Source: Felis catus (taxonomy: Eukaryota). Taken from it: 64,000 bases of DNA. The stretch covers positions 104,844,001 to 104,908,000 of the forward strand of contig NC_058373.1 of the NCBI RefSeq assembly GCF_018350175.1, given 5' to 3'. The notes beneath the pieces are model-generated. The model was given only the letters and a program-made list of their open reading frames with translations, made no database searches and had not been told where the DNA came from. Of the stretch, positions 51,340-64,000 are shown one piece after another (the first letter of the stretch is position 1; the number at the start of each line of letters is the position of its first letter). A program made the translations under genes and the position numbers.

Positions 51340-51722
51340 AACAGAACCGTAGCTGGACACATCCACCCCACTGCCCTAGGTTTCTATTCTTTGGCATTAC
51401 AAGTGGCCTTGGGACTATGTTGTTGCCGGTGAAATTTCTGTGGAAGTGACATATGACTTTGGGGTCCAAACGAGCCTCCTTTACCCACCCCTCCCCTATC
51501 CCCCACAGGTGCAACCCCATCATGAACCACACCCTAGCAGATGCAGAGCAGCAACTTAAGAAGGAGCCTGCGTCCCTGAATCATCCATGGAAAAGAGCCA
51601 CCCTCCAACCTGGAATGCTTACGTCAGACTTTTATGTGAGAAAGAAAAAAAAAAAACTTCTTTGTTAAACTGAACTATTTTTGGGTCTCTTTGTTATGAT
51701 GGCCCAGCCTCACCCTAGCCGA
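51340..51722 (+). mobile_element. Old MaLR LTR fragment
   Basis: gaaggagcctgcgtccctgaat...cagacttttatgtgagaaag...tctctttgtta. Confidence 0.6.
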
Positions 51723-51884
51723 TCTTAGTATATAACCAATAAAATGTAACTAAAATGAGGTTAAATGAAGTTGTACAAGAGCTATAATAAGAAGTATCAC
51801 TTTGCATTAATCCCTTGACTCAGCTCAGTTCCTGGTAGACATGGATGGAGACATAGCCAAAGATGTTATTGCACAGACGGACAT

Positions 51885-52110
51885 GTTACTGGGCACTTAC
51901 CAGGTGCCAATTTGTTAAACAACCCACATACACATTAAATTAATTAATCTTCACAACAACCCTATGAGCCTGGAAATCTTATTATCTTTAATTTGCACAG
52001 GAGAAAAAATGAGGCTTAGAAGGATGAATTGGCTAAATCTATAAATAGTTACTGTTGAGTAGAATTCAAACCTAAGTATGAGTGATTCTAAAGCCAGTGC
52101 TCTTTTCCAA
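51885..52110 (-). mobile_element. MIR
   Basis: aatcttcacaacaaccctatgag...tgaggcttaga...gaattcaaacc. Confidence 0.75.
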
Positions 52111-54460
52111 AATGCTATACCTCGTGTGTGTGTCCATGTGTGTGTATGTGTGTGTATTGACGGACAGGGATCAAGTGGATGAACTAAGCATGGCAGATAG
52201 ATATGATGACCAGAAACACTGGACTGATAGAAAGAGATCTGGGATTTTCACAGGTTATAACTCTGGCCAAGCCATTTAGCTTATTAGGGCCTAAGTGTCC
52301 CCTATGGTAAAATGTGTTACCTGAACCAGACAGACGACCTCTAAAGAAACAGCTCTAACAGTCTGCAGCAAATGTACAAAAATGCATGCTGTCACCCATG
52401 CACTACCACCTATGTGACACTTTTACTCTCAAGTGTGAACCCAACAGAAGAGCTTGCTGAAGAAATAAGGGTTGTGTTGCTCTGAAGGAACAGCAGAGTG
52501 TGAAAGTTTACACAAGCAATATGCAACAACCATAGTATACCCACAACCTCAAATGCATGGAGCTTCAGAGTGCTATAGGTCATTATCCTTTCTCCTGTTC
52601 AGATCTGCTTCTTTATTCTTCTTCAGCAACGCGAGATGGTACTAATAACTGTCCCAGAATGGAAAGATAGGAAATTGGGTTCTTTTCCACCATTGTTTTT
52701 CACTGCAGCCTTGTTAATAAATTAAACTAGATTAAATCAAAGAAGTAAGCACAGGAATACTGAATCATAGGCCATATGGAAAGAGAACTGGGGAGAGTCT
52801 TTGGGACAAGTCCCCTATGGACTCATGAAGGAGGGAAACAATTCCGACAGCAGGAGTCTTTAAATGCTGAGCAATGTGGGGGAGAGAGGCAGAAAGAGCA
52901 CACAGTTTGAAACGGGCACATAACCCATCCAAGAGACACAAAGGGAAGGGTCTGTGGGATACAAACCATTATCAGAAGACAGCAGCATTAGCACAGGGTA
53001 AGGCCGAGAGTGTTCAGGAACAGAAGAAAGCTCCATAAAATACTTCAGTGGCCTTTCTGATGTTTCATGTTTCCCAGGGTACATATAAATCTGGGAGGTC
53101 ATGCTCGAGGTGGACCTGCTGAGTGCCAGATGCCAGGCCACTCTGCCAAACCCTTTGTCAGACCCTAGACAGCGGGGCGAGATTTCAGAAGCCCCCTGGC
53201 AGGTACACTAAATCTCATCACACAGTGAGCTCTAATTTTAAAGTCAACACTTACGGCCAGCCTTTTCCATTAAGTATGCATTCCCAAGGTCTAGGAATGT
53301 AGATTCAACATGTCTCTTCAGCTGCTGCCTACAGATAGGGTTCCGAATGGACTATTGGAAATGTCTCAACTAACGCTTTGGACACTAATCATCTCAAAAG
53401 TACCCTGTAAATACCCATTCACGCCACATCACTCACCAAAAATATGCCGCTGAAAACCCTCTGAAGCAATAACTCTCTCTGCGTATGGCGTTTATGGGGA
53501 ATTAATGACCAGCTGCAGTCTATGGACTTTGACCAGAGTCAGCAGTTATTAATGCATAGGAAAAATTTTATACTCTGGTTCATTTTTCCAAAGGCAACAG
53601 ACTTCAGTGTGTGCAGAATATAAAACCCTAGATGCTGCATTATGTGTGAGTTCCCTGGTATTTCTGAAGAGCCTGGTGGACTCCCTTGTGACCACGGCTC
53701 CAGATTTCAAGCAACTGAAAAGGTAAGTAACAGAATCTGTCAAGAGGCTGTTTACAGTTTTAAGCCATGTTGTCAATACACAGAAAACAAAGTGATATCC
53801 AGACAAACTAAAACATAAAACTGTCTGGAATCTGCAAAAAGAAAAAAATGCTTTCAATGTCTTCATATTAAGTCCATTGGACTATTGTCCATTTTAATCA
53901 ATACTGGATTCATTTTTCAATCTTATTTAATATGATCATAATTTCACCTTTACTTTGACTTTTCCTGAGCTACATTTTGTTCACTCTTTCACTTGTCTGC
54001 CTACACTAAGAAGACTGAGTAATTCATCTCTAGAGTCTCTTAAACAGGGTAGTAAAAGCAGCATTAATAAGTAAGGTTTGCTGTTGTCGCCTCATAACCA
54101 TCACTAACAGGGAATAGCTTGTTCTTGGCTTTGTACCCGCACTACACCAATCTGCCTCTTTATTCTATCTCCACGGAACCTGTGGAAGGCAATTTGGTCC
54201 TCATCCTAACAGATAAATTGACCAACATTAGCAAACACCAGCAAAGGCCTGGTAGGGTTATAAAGATTTTGAAACGATCTTTACCCCTTCATCACTGATG
54301 TTCCTCCAAAACCATGATTTGATCACTGGACGCTGCAGCATGTGTGAGTCTTAGATCTAGATATTGCTAGCAAGGAATAACTGGACAACCATGACACTGA
54401 TCGTGTAGATCATCCCATCAGAACTGTGCCCAGTGAATCCGTATTAAAAGATGTAAAACA

Positions 54461-54670
54461 GGGGCGCCTGGGTGGCTCAATTGGTTAAGCATCCGACTTC
54501 AGTGCAGGTCATGATCTCACAGTTGGTGGGTTCGAGCCCCACATCGGACTCTGTGCTGACAGCTCAGAGCCTGGAGCCTGCTTCAAATTCTGTGTCTTAT
54601 CCTCTTCCTGCCCCTCTCATGCTCTGTCTCTGTCTCTCAATAATAAATAAACGTTTTAAAAAATTTTTTT
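54461..54670 (+). mobile_element. Can-SINE
   Basis: TSD aaagatgtaaaa. Confidence 0.93.
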
Positions 54671-54868
54671 AAAGATGTAAAATAAGGCAATCACATGGAG
54701 CATTTCTGAGTCAGGATATTATCTACAAAAAATTTCTCTAGCTGCAAAAGGCCACTGCTTCTTCAGAGCAATCAAGACCATGGAGAAAGGTATGTCTGAG
54801 GTATTCAGGCTGCCATGGGGGTTTCATACACTATGTATAGCAAATGCACAAAGGGGAAAATGTTTTCA

Positions 54869-56558
54869 GAGAAAATTGAAGAAGATACAAAGAAATGGAA
54901 GAACATTCTGTGCTCATGGATTAGAAGAATAAACATCGCTAAAATGTCAATACTACCCAAAGCAATCTACACATTCAATGCAATCCCAATCAAAATTGCA
55001 CCAGCATTCTTCTCAAAGCTAGAACAAGCAATCCTAAAATTTGTAGGGAACCACAAAAGACTCCAAACAGCCAAAATAATATTGAAGAAGAAAACCAAAG
55101 CGGGAGGCATCACAATCCCAGACTTTAGCCTCTACTACAAAGCTGTAATCATCAAGACAGCATGGTATTGGCACAAAAACAGACACACAGACCAATGGAA
55201 TAGAATAGAATGGACTCCAGAATTGGACCCACAAATGGATGGCCAACTAATCTTTGACAAAGCAGGAAAGAATATCCAATGGAAAAAAGACAGTCTCTTT
55301 AACAAATGGTGCTGGGAGAACTGGACAGCAACATGCAGAAGAATGAAACTAGACCACTTTCTTACACCATTCACAAAAATAAACTCAAAATGGATGAAGG
55401 ACCTGAATGTGAGACAGGAAACCATCAAAACCCTAGAGGAGAAAGCAGAAAAAAAAACCTCTTTGACCTCAGCCGCAGTAATTTCTTACTCGACACATCT
55501 CCACGGGCAAGGGAATTAAAAGCAAAAATAAACTATTAGGACCTCATCAAGATAAAAAGCTCTGCACTGCAAAGGAAACAACAAAACTAAAAGGCAACCG
55601 ATGGAATGGGAAAAGGCATTTGCAAATGACATATCAGACAAAGGGCTAGCATCCAAAATCTATAAAGAACTCACCAAACTCCACACCTGAAAAACAAATA
55701 ATCCAATGAAGAAATGAGTAGAAGGCATGAATAGACACTTCTCTAAAGAAGACATCCAGATGGCCAACAGGCACATGAAAAGATGCTCAACGTCACTCCT
55801 CATCAGGGAAATACAAATCAAAACCACACTGAGATATCAATCACCTCATGCCACTCAGAGTGGCTAAAATGAACAAATCAGGAGACTATAGATGCTGGAG
55901 AGGATGTGAAGAAATGGGAACCCTCTTGCACTATTGGTGGGAATGCAAACTGGAGCAGCCACTCTGGAAACAGTGTGGAGGTTCCTCAAAAAATTAAAAA
56001 TAGACCTACCCTATGACCCAGCAATAGCACTGCTAGGAATTTACCCAAGGGATACAGGAGTGCTGATGCATAGGGGTACTTGTACCCCAATATTTATAGC
56101 AGCACTTTTAACAATAGCCAAATTACGGAAAGAGCCTAAATGTCCACCAACTGATGAATGGATAAAGAAGTTGTGGTTTATATATACAATGGAATACCAC
56201 TTGGCAATGAGAAAGAATGAAATATGGCCTTTTGTAGCAACATGGATGGAACTGGAGAGTGTGATGCTAAGTGAAATAAGTCATACAGAGAAAGACAGAT
56301 ACCATATGGTTTCACTGTTATGTGGATCCTGAGAAACTTAACAGAAGACCATGGGGGAGGGGAAGGGGAAAAAAAGTTAGGGAGGGAGACAAACCATAAG
56401 AGACTCTTAAAAACTAAGAATAAACTGAGGGTTGACGGGGATTGGGAGGGAGGGTAAAGTGGGTGATGGGCATTGAGGAGGGTACCTGTTGGGATGAGTA
56501 CTGGGTGTTGTATGGAAACCAATTTGACAATAAATTTCATATTAAAAAAAAAAGAAAA
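54869..56558 (+). mobile_element. 5'-truncated felid-type L1 (~1.7 kb)
   Basis: ORF2 C-terminal fragments; TSD gaaaatgttttca at 54856-54868 and 56559-56571. Confidence 0.95.
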
Positions 56559-57375
56559 GAAAATGTTTTCATAGTTCCCAGACTCCCAAACTTCCTCTGT
56601 GTGTTTTCCTAATGGTCCCAAACAATGATGAACTATATATCTATTAGTTTTATTTCCCCTGTCTTTCTCCTTCTCCAGGCCTTCCCAGCTGGGACCACCA
56701 ATGCAGCCTTGGCCTATCTTTGTTTCCAAGGCAATGACGACAGACGAACCCTTACCAACAGCCCTGCTTCAGCCCCTTGGCCCCACTGGTAAGGCTTAGA
56801 ATTAATTTGTTTTCCAGATGTCATGTTATGTTCCTGATGAGGTTCCTCCATGACTATCTTGGCCCACGGTCTCCTGCAGCTCTTACTTCCTAGCTCTGAG
56901 CAGGCTCAGTCCAAAGCATCCAAATTCTCAATTCTGATCAGTTGCTCATTCTAAGATGAGAGACCTTTCCTGAGTCCCAACTCACTGGCCAGCCCCTGAA
57001 ATCCCTCCTGATTTATGCCAGTGCCTCCTCTAAGGGTTGATCCTGGCATGTTACTGCCAGAATCCAATTCTCATACCTCTAGCCCACCTCCCACTGGTGA
57101 CAACCTTCCCTGTCTAACACCACACATGAACCACTTCTGGATTTCTGCCTTGCTCAGCCCAACTCACCGGGCTGCGTTAGAATCAATCCTTTCTGCAATC
57201 AGGGTAGAAACTAACGATTTCCATCAGACATCATGCCTCGTTCCCCTGCTATCCCCTTCAAAGCTATAGTCTGGTTTCTTCAAAAAGAAGATATTTATAA
57301 GAGCTGTAGGAGAAATCAAAACCATGGGACCCAGTAACCATTGAATGTAGAGGCTGAGATTAAAACATGAAATAT

Positions 57376-57564
57376 GGGGGCGCTTGGGTGGCTCAATTGA
57401 TTGAACATCTGGCTCTTGATTTCGGCTCAGGTCATGATCCCAGGGTCGTGGAACTGAGCTCTGTGTTGAGCTCTGCACTGAGCATGGAGTCTGCTTGAGA
57501 TTCCCTCTCTCTCTCCCTCTACCTTTCTTCCCTACTTGTGCACTCTCTCTCACTCTCTCAAATT

Positions 57565-57609
<45 letters not shown>
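57376..57609 (+). mobile_element. Can-SINE with (CA)n tail
   Basis: TSD gaaatatg; (CA)n at ~57568-57609. Confidence 0.92.
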
Positions 57610-57611
<2 letters not shown>

Positions 57612-57859
57612 AATATGATGGAAATTTCAATCTGGTTAGGCTTTTCCCAGTGCCTTAAGAATATTCCAGAGATCTACCTATACAACAAAAGTTGGGGGGA
57701 GGAGGGAGGCTGCTGTATCACATATCACTTCAAGTAAAGGACTCCCCCCTGGAGCTGTGAAAGACACCAACTGCAGAGCCTGGCACTCCAGCTTTCAACA
57801 AGGAGGTCAGAGGACGAGCCAAAGGTGAAGGTAAAAGTCAGAATCCAGCTTACAATGGG

Positions 57860-58440
57860 TCCTCTGTTTATATTAACCCATTTACTCCTCACACAAATCC
57901 AAGGACGTAAGATTATCACTATTTTCTCCAGAAAATACTGGGGCTCATAAAGGTGAACTTGCTCAGTCAGTCACTTGAATAATTATAAAGCTGAGAACTG
58001 AGCCCCGAAGTGTTAGATTCTAACACTTGAACTCTATCCACAAGCTACAATGTCTTCCTAGGAGAAGCTTAATAAAAGGAGCAGTCAGAGGCAGGAAAGA
58101 TAACCAGAAGGTAATGGAACAAAGGAGTCATGGAGGAGAAAACAGCTAGTAGAATCCGATGCTGCAGAGAGTCAAACAATGTAAGAGCTGAAAGGGACAA
58201 CATATGTGTTGTAATATAACAAATTATATTAATAGAAATAAGTGCACATTAAGTGCTAGCCTGGAACTATGCTAACTACTTTAGCTATATTAATTCTTGG
58301 AAGCCTTAAAACACTCCCCAGGGATAGGCTCATTGTATTGATAAGCACAAAATAAGACACAGGAAGGTTAAACAATTTGCCTAAGTTCACACAGGTAGCA
58401 GGAAGTAGAGTCTGGATTTGAACCCTGGTAAATGGGCTCT
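57860..58440 (-). mobile_element. MIR fragments (~57860-58050 and ~58230-58440)
   Basis: aggttaaacaatttgcctaagttcacacag...ggatttgaacc. Confidence 0.6.
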
Positions 58441-58673
58441 GTAGGCTTAGCCCTCTTGGGAGGCCTCTCAGCAAGAACAGTTTTGGTGGTGCTGCAATCT
58501 AGCCAACTTGCAGTTTGGCTATGAAGGGAAGAAGAAGAAGGCAGGAGCTCAAAAGAGGATGTGTTAGTTTCCTAGGACTATAACAAAGTACTATCAACTG
58601 AGTGGTTTACAACAACAGCAATGTCTTCTCTCAGTTCTGGAGATTACAAATTCAAAATCAAGGTGTTGAAAGG

Positions 58674-59112
58674 TAGAAATCAACCACAGGAAAAAATCTG
58701 GAAAGAGCACAAATACACGGAGGTTAAATAACATGCTACTAAACAATGAATGGGTCAGCCAAGAAATCAAAGAAGAAATCAATAATTACAATGACAGAAA
58801 TGAAAATAAAAACACAACAGTTCAAGTCTTTGGGATGCAGCAAAAGCATTTCAAAGAGAGAAGTTTAGAGTAACAAAGGCTTACCTCAAATAAACAACCT
58901 AACTATATACATAAAGGAGCTAGAAAAGCTAGAAAACAAAACCCCAAACAGCAGAAGGAAATAATAAAGATTAAAGCAGAAATAAATGATATAGAAACAA
59001 ACAAACAAAAAAACCAACAACAACAGAACAGATCAATGAGACCAGGAGGTGGTTCTTAGAAAAGATCAACAAAACTGATAAACCTCTAGCCAGACTCATC
59101 AAAAAACAAAAC

Positions 59113-59162
<50 letters not shown>

Positions 59163-62070
59163 CTCAAAATCATAAATGAAAGAGGAGACATAACCACCAG
59201 CAACACAGAACAAATTGGACATCTAGAAGAAATGGATAAATTCCTGAAACATATAACCTACCAAAACTGAAGGAGGAAGAAATAGAAAATTTGAACAGAC
59301 TGATTACCAACAGCGAAATTCAATCAGTAATCCAAAAACTCCCAACAGTCCAGAACCAGACGAATTCTACCAATCACTTAAAGAAGAGTTAATACCTATT
59401 CTTCTTTACCTATTCCAAAAAATAGAAGGAAAACTTCTAAAGTGATTACATTAGGCCAGCATTACCCTGATACCAAAACCGAAGACCCCACACAAAAAGA
59501 GAACTACAGGGGCGCCTGGGTGGCTCAGTCGGTTGAGCGGCCGACTTCGGCTCAGGTCATGATCTCACGGTCTGTGAGTTCAAGCCCCGCGTTGGGCTCT
59601 GTGCTGACAGCTCAGAGCCTGGAGCCTGCTTCAAATTCTGTGTCTCCCTCTCTCTCTGACCCTCCCCCGTTCATGTTCTGTCTCTCTCTGTCTCAAAAAT
59701 AAATAAACATTAAAAAAAAAAAGAGAACTACAGGCTAATATCTCTGATGAACACAGATACAAATATTGTCAATAAAATATTAGCAAACTGAATCCAGCAA
59801 TACATTAAAAAAAATCATTCACCACAACCAAGTGGAATTTATTCCAGGATGCAAGGATAGTTCAATATTCTTAAATCAATCAATGTGATACATCACATCA
59901 ATAAGAGAAAGGATAAAAAACCATATGATCATTTCAACAGATGCAGAAAAAGCATTGGACAAAGTACAACATCCATTCATGATAAAATTCCTAAACTTAA
60001 AGATTCCATCAAAAAACTACTAGAACTGAAAGATGACTTCAGTAACTTGCAGGATATAAAATCAATATACAGAAATCCACTGCATCTCTATACACTAATA
60101 ATGAAGCAGCAGAAAGAGAAATTAAGAAAACAATCTAATTTACAATTGCACCAAAATAATAAAATACCTAGGAATAAACTTAGCCAAAGAAAAGTGAAAG
60201 ACCTGTACTCTAAAAATTATAAAACATTGATGAAAGAAATTAAAGAAGACAAAGAAATGGAAAGATGTTCCATGTTCACGGAGTGGAAAAACAAATACTG
60301 TGAAAACGTCTAAATAACCAAAAATAATAAAATACCTTGGAATAAACGTAACCAAAGAAGTGAAAGACCTGTACTCTAAAAATTATAAAACATTGATGAA
60401 AGAAATTAAAGAAGAAAAAGAAATGGAAAGACGTTCCATGCTCATGGAGTGAAAAAACAAATATTACTAAAATGTCTATACTACCCAAAGCAATCTATAG
60501 ATTTAATGCAATCCTTATCAACATACTAATAGCATTTTTCACAGAACTAGAGCAAACAGTCCTAAAATTTGTATGGAACCACAAAAGACCTCAAATAGCC
60601 AAAGCAACCTTGAAAAAGAAAAACAAAACTGGAGGTATCACAATTCCAGACTTCAAGTTATATTACAAAGCTGTAGTAATCAAAACAGTATGGTCCTGGC
60701 ACAAAAATAGATACATATATCCACGGAACAGATAGAAAGCCCAGAAATAAACCCACAATTATATGGTCAATTAATCTTCAACAAAGCAGCAAAGAATATG
60801 CAATGGGAAAAAGACAGAGTCTTCAACAAATGGTGTTGGGGAAATTGGACGGCTACATGCAAAAGAATGAAATGGACCACTGTCTTACACCATGCTCAAA
60901 AATAAACTCAAAATGGAATAAGGACCTAAATATGAGATGTGAAACCATAAAAATCCTAGAAGAGAACACAAGTAGTAAATTCATTGGACCATTTCATTGG
61001 TTATAGCAACATCTTTCTAGATACATAGCATCTGTTTCTAGACATAAAGCAACATCTTTCTTGTCTTCTGGGCAAGGGAAACAACAGCAGAATAAACTAT
61101 CAGGACTACACCAAAATAAAAAGCTTCTGCACAGCAAATGAAACAACTGACAAAACTAAAAGACAACCTATTGAATGGGAGAAGATATTTGCAAAAGACA
61201 TATCCAATAAAGGGGTAGTATCTAATATCTATTAAGAACTTATCAAACTCAACACCCAAAAACAAATAATCTAGTTAAAAAATGGGCAGAAGCCATAAAC
61301 AGACATTTCTCAAAAGAAGACATACAGATGGCCAACAGACACATGAAAAATGCTTAACATCACTCATCGTCAGGGAAATGCAAATAAAAACCACAATGAG
61401 ATACCACCTTACACCTGTCAGAATGGCTAAAATTAAACACTCAAGAAACAAGTGTTGGCAAGGATGTGGAGAAAAAGGAACCCCTGTGTTGCTGGGAATG
61501 CAAACTGGTGCAGCCACTGTGGAAGACAGTATGGAGGTTCCTCAAAAAATTAAAAGCAGAACTACCCTATGATCCCGCAATCGCACTACTGACTATTTAC
61601 CCAAAGAATACGAAAACCCTAATCCCAAGGGATACATGCACCCTAATGTTTATAGCAACATTATTTACAACAGCCCAAGTGTCCATCATCGAGAGCTGAA
61701 TGAATAAAGATGTGGTATGTATGGATGGGGCTAGAAAGCATAATGCTAAGCAAAATATGCCAGTCAGAGAAAGACAAATACTGAATGATTTCACTCATAT
61801 GTGGAATTTTAGAAACAAAAAAAAAAAAAAAGAAGAAAAGAAAAAAAAAAAAACAGAGTAGAGAGGCAAACCAAAAAACAGACTCTTTACTATAGAGAAC
61901 AAACAGATGGTGACCAGAGGGGAGTTGGGTGGGGGGATGGGTGAAACAGGTGGTGAGGCTTGGAAGTACACTTATCTTGATGAGCGCTAAGTAAATATAC
62001 GGAAGTGCTGAATCACTATGTTGTACACTGAAACTAATGTAACACTGTAGGTTAACTACACTGGGAAAGA
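58674..62070 (+). mobile_element. 5'-truncated, rearranged older carnivore L1 with a nested Can-SINE (59508-59720)
   Basis: ORF2 fragments, 3' UTR, TSD core gttgaaagg; SINE TSD aaaaagagaactacagg; (GA)n at ~59117-59157. Confidence 0.92.
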
Positions 62071-62071
62071 T

Positions 62072-62188
62072 GGAAGGAAGGAAGGAAGGAAGGAAGGAAG
62101 GAGGGAAGGAAGGAAGGAAGGAAGGAAGGAAGGAAGGAAGGAAGGAAGGAAGGAAGGAAGGAAGGAAGGAAGGAAGGAAGGAAGGAAG
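62072..62188. repeat. (GGAA)n microsatellite at the L1 tail position
   Basis: Direct. Confidence 0.97.
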
Positions 62189-62619
62189 TTGAAAGGGCCA
62201 TGCTCCCGACACAGACTCTAAAGAAGGATCCTTCCTTGCCTCTTCCAGTCTCTGGTAGGCCCACGTGTTCCCCGGCTGGTGGTAGCATCAGTGCAATTTC
62301 ACATGGCTCCTTCTCTGTGTGTGTTGGTCTCTATGGCCTTCTCCTCATGTGTCTGTGCCCAAATTTCCCTCTTCTAATAGGACATCAGTCACAATGGATT
62401 AAAGGCCCTTCCTAATGACCTCATCTTGATTAAATCTGCAAAGACCCTATTTCCAAATGTCATATTCAGAGGTCTTGGGGGTTAGGACTTCAACCTATCT
62501 ATCTGGGGGAGGAGGATACAATTCAACCCATGCCCCAGAGCCAGTAGTCCAAAAGGAGGGTTTTCAAAGATAAAAATGGGAAAGATAATCTATATGCTCT
62601 TTTAAAATAACATTTTTGT

Positions 62620-62757
62620 GGGGCGCCTGGGTGGCTCAGTCAGTTAAGCATCCAACTCTTGGTTTCGGCTCAGGTCATGATCTCACGGTTCATGATTTTG
62701 AGCCCTGCATCAGGCTCCACGCTGAAAGTGCTGAGCCCATTTGGGATTCTCTGTCTC

Positions 62758-62796
<39 letters not shown>

Positions 62797-62870
62797 GCCC
62801 TTACCCCACTATGCTCACTCTCTCTCTCTACCAAAATAAATAAATAAACATTTAAAAACTAAATAAATAA
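62620..62870 (+). mobile_element. Can-SINE
   Basis: TSD aaaataacattt / aaaatagcattt. Confidence 0.92.
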
Positions 62871-63337
62871 AATAGCATTTAATTAAATATCAGTAGTCAA
62901 GTCATGGTTCTGTCCAAATGAGGAGAAAATCTGACTATCTGCATCCTAAGAAAGGCTTGCCATGCCTGGCATATCATTTTTAGTATTCTGCTTTGATTTA
63001 ATGAGTCGGAGAAGGACACAGTCTCACAGCTTTTGCCGGGAACATTCTGGTACTATCCATCTATCACAACCTCGCTAGCTCATGTCTCCCCTGATCAATA
63101 AGAATGCAGAATCGATGCCTGTGTCAAGCTGCATGGTTAATTCTCAATCACACACACTGACAGAGGCAAGCAGTTGTGTAAACACTAAAACTAACAAAAA
63201 CTTTCCACCTGGCTAGAATTTGATCGTTTTTTTTAATTGAAAAATTTTCAGACAATTCTTAAAAATAGTTTGTAATCCCTCAGTTTAGATCAAATGGAAG
63301 AAGCAGTCCAAGAAAGTAGCCTAGAAATAGCTATATT

Positions 63338-63742
63338 GGGAGCACCTGGGTGGCTCAGTCAGTTAAGCAAGCATCCAACTTTGGTTCAGGTCATGATCTC
63401 ATGATTTGTGAGTTCGAGCCCTGCATCAGGCTCTCTGCTGTCAGCACAGAGCCTACTTTGGAGCCTGTCTTCATCTCTCTCTCTCTGCCCCTCCCCCCAA
63501 CCAAAAATAAATAAACATTTAAAAAATAGTTAGACTGGGGTGCCTGGGTGGCTCCGTTGGTTAAACATCTGACTCTTGATTTGGGTTCAGTTCATAATCT
63601 CACTGTTTGGTGACTTTGGGCCCCACGTCAGTCTCTGCACTCAGAGCACAGAGACTGTTTGGGATTCTCTCTCTCCCTCTGGCTCTGCTCCTCTCTCACT
63701 TGTGCTGTCTCTGTTTCTCTCAAAATAAACTAAAATTTAAAA
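63338..63742 (+). mobile_element. Two tandem Can-SINEs (63338-63527 and 63537-63742)
   Basis: Two heads and tails; agttaga flanks the second copy. Confidence 0.92.
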
Positions 63743-64000
63743 AGTTAGATTAGCAACAAAAACCAATCTGGGAGTAAATTATCAGTGCAGATAATCCACT
63801 ACTTTAAGCTAAGAATTAGCTAGACTTAAAATATCAATAATAGATTGATACCTAAAACATTGGCATTAAAATTTTACTTAAATAATTCCAGCAGAGTATT
63901 AGTTATCATGTTAAAGAAATTACCACTTATAACATTTATGCGTTCATTACTTTTTCCCAAAGTGTTTAATTATTATCTGTTCCTTCCTGATTAGTTTGTC

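Larger units (their letters stand above)
58560..62535 (-). mobile_element. MLT1B/C-like LTR split by an L1 (halves 58560-58673 and ~62188-62535)
   Basis: tgtgttagtttcctagg...tcaaggtgttgaaagg resumes as gttgaaagggccatgctcc...tctgcaaagaccctatttccaaat. Confidence 0.85.

Noticed and set aside
54815..55519. 234-aa ORF as a novel fusion gene
   Set aside because: Chance in-frame upstream ATG running into truncated L1 ORF2, ending in a frameshift.
22307..64000. Further upstream ARMH4 coding exons
   Set aside because: I found no exon with ARMH4-like coding sequence and matching phase; the next exon probably lies beyond the window, though small alternative exons cannot be excluded.

Overview
Mammalian genomic DNA from a carnivore, most likely a felid: it is dense in Can-SINE/SINEC_Fc-type tRNA-derived SINEs and carnivore L1s. 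The only supportable protein-coding content is the last three coding exons of ARMH4 (C14orf37) on the minus strand: 22275-22306, 15299-15433 and 14994-15062. They encode the juxtamembrane, transmembrane and acidic cytoplasmic tail. The 3' UTR runs toward lower coordinates, and 22307-64000 appears to be one long intron. Much of the rest is interspersed repeat (L1, Can-SINE, MaLR/ERVL LTRs, hAT and Tigger DNA transposons, L2, MIR, microsatellites). The most notable items are: (1) a full-length U6 snRNA fused to a 5'-truncated L1, inserted at a target site already used by a SINE; (2) a SINE carrying an ~89-bp patch apparently copied from a neighbouring SINE 1.9 kb away; (3) a young composite 50-bp minisatellite with ETS/CRE-like motifs in the probable 3' UTR; (4) an old L1 with a 5' inversion; (5) splice features of ARMH4 (a NAGNAG acceptor and a 32-nt frameshifting exon). 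No new multi-gene system is supported. Repeat family names come from recognition by eye rather than a database search, and boundaries of old repeats are approximate.
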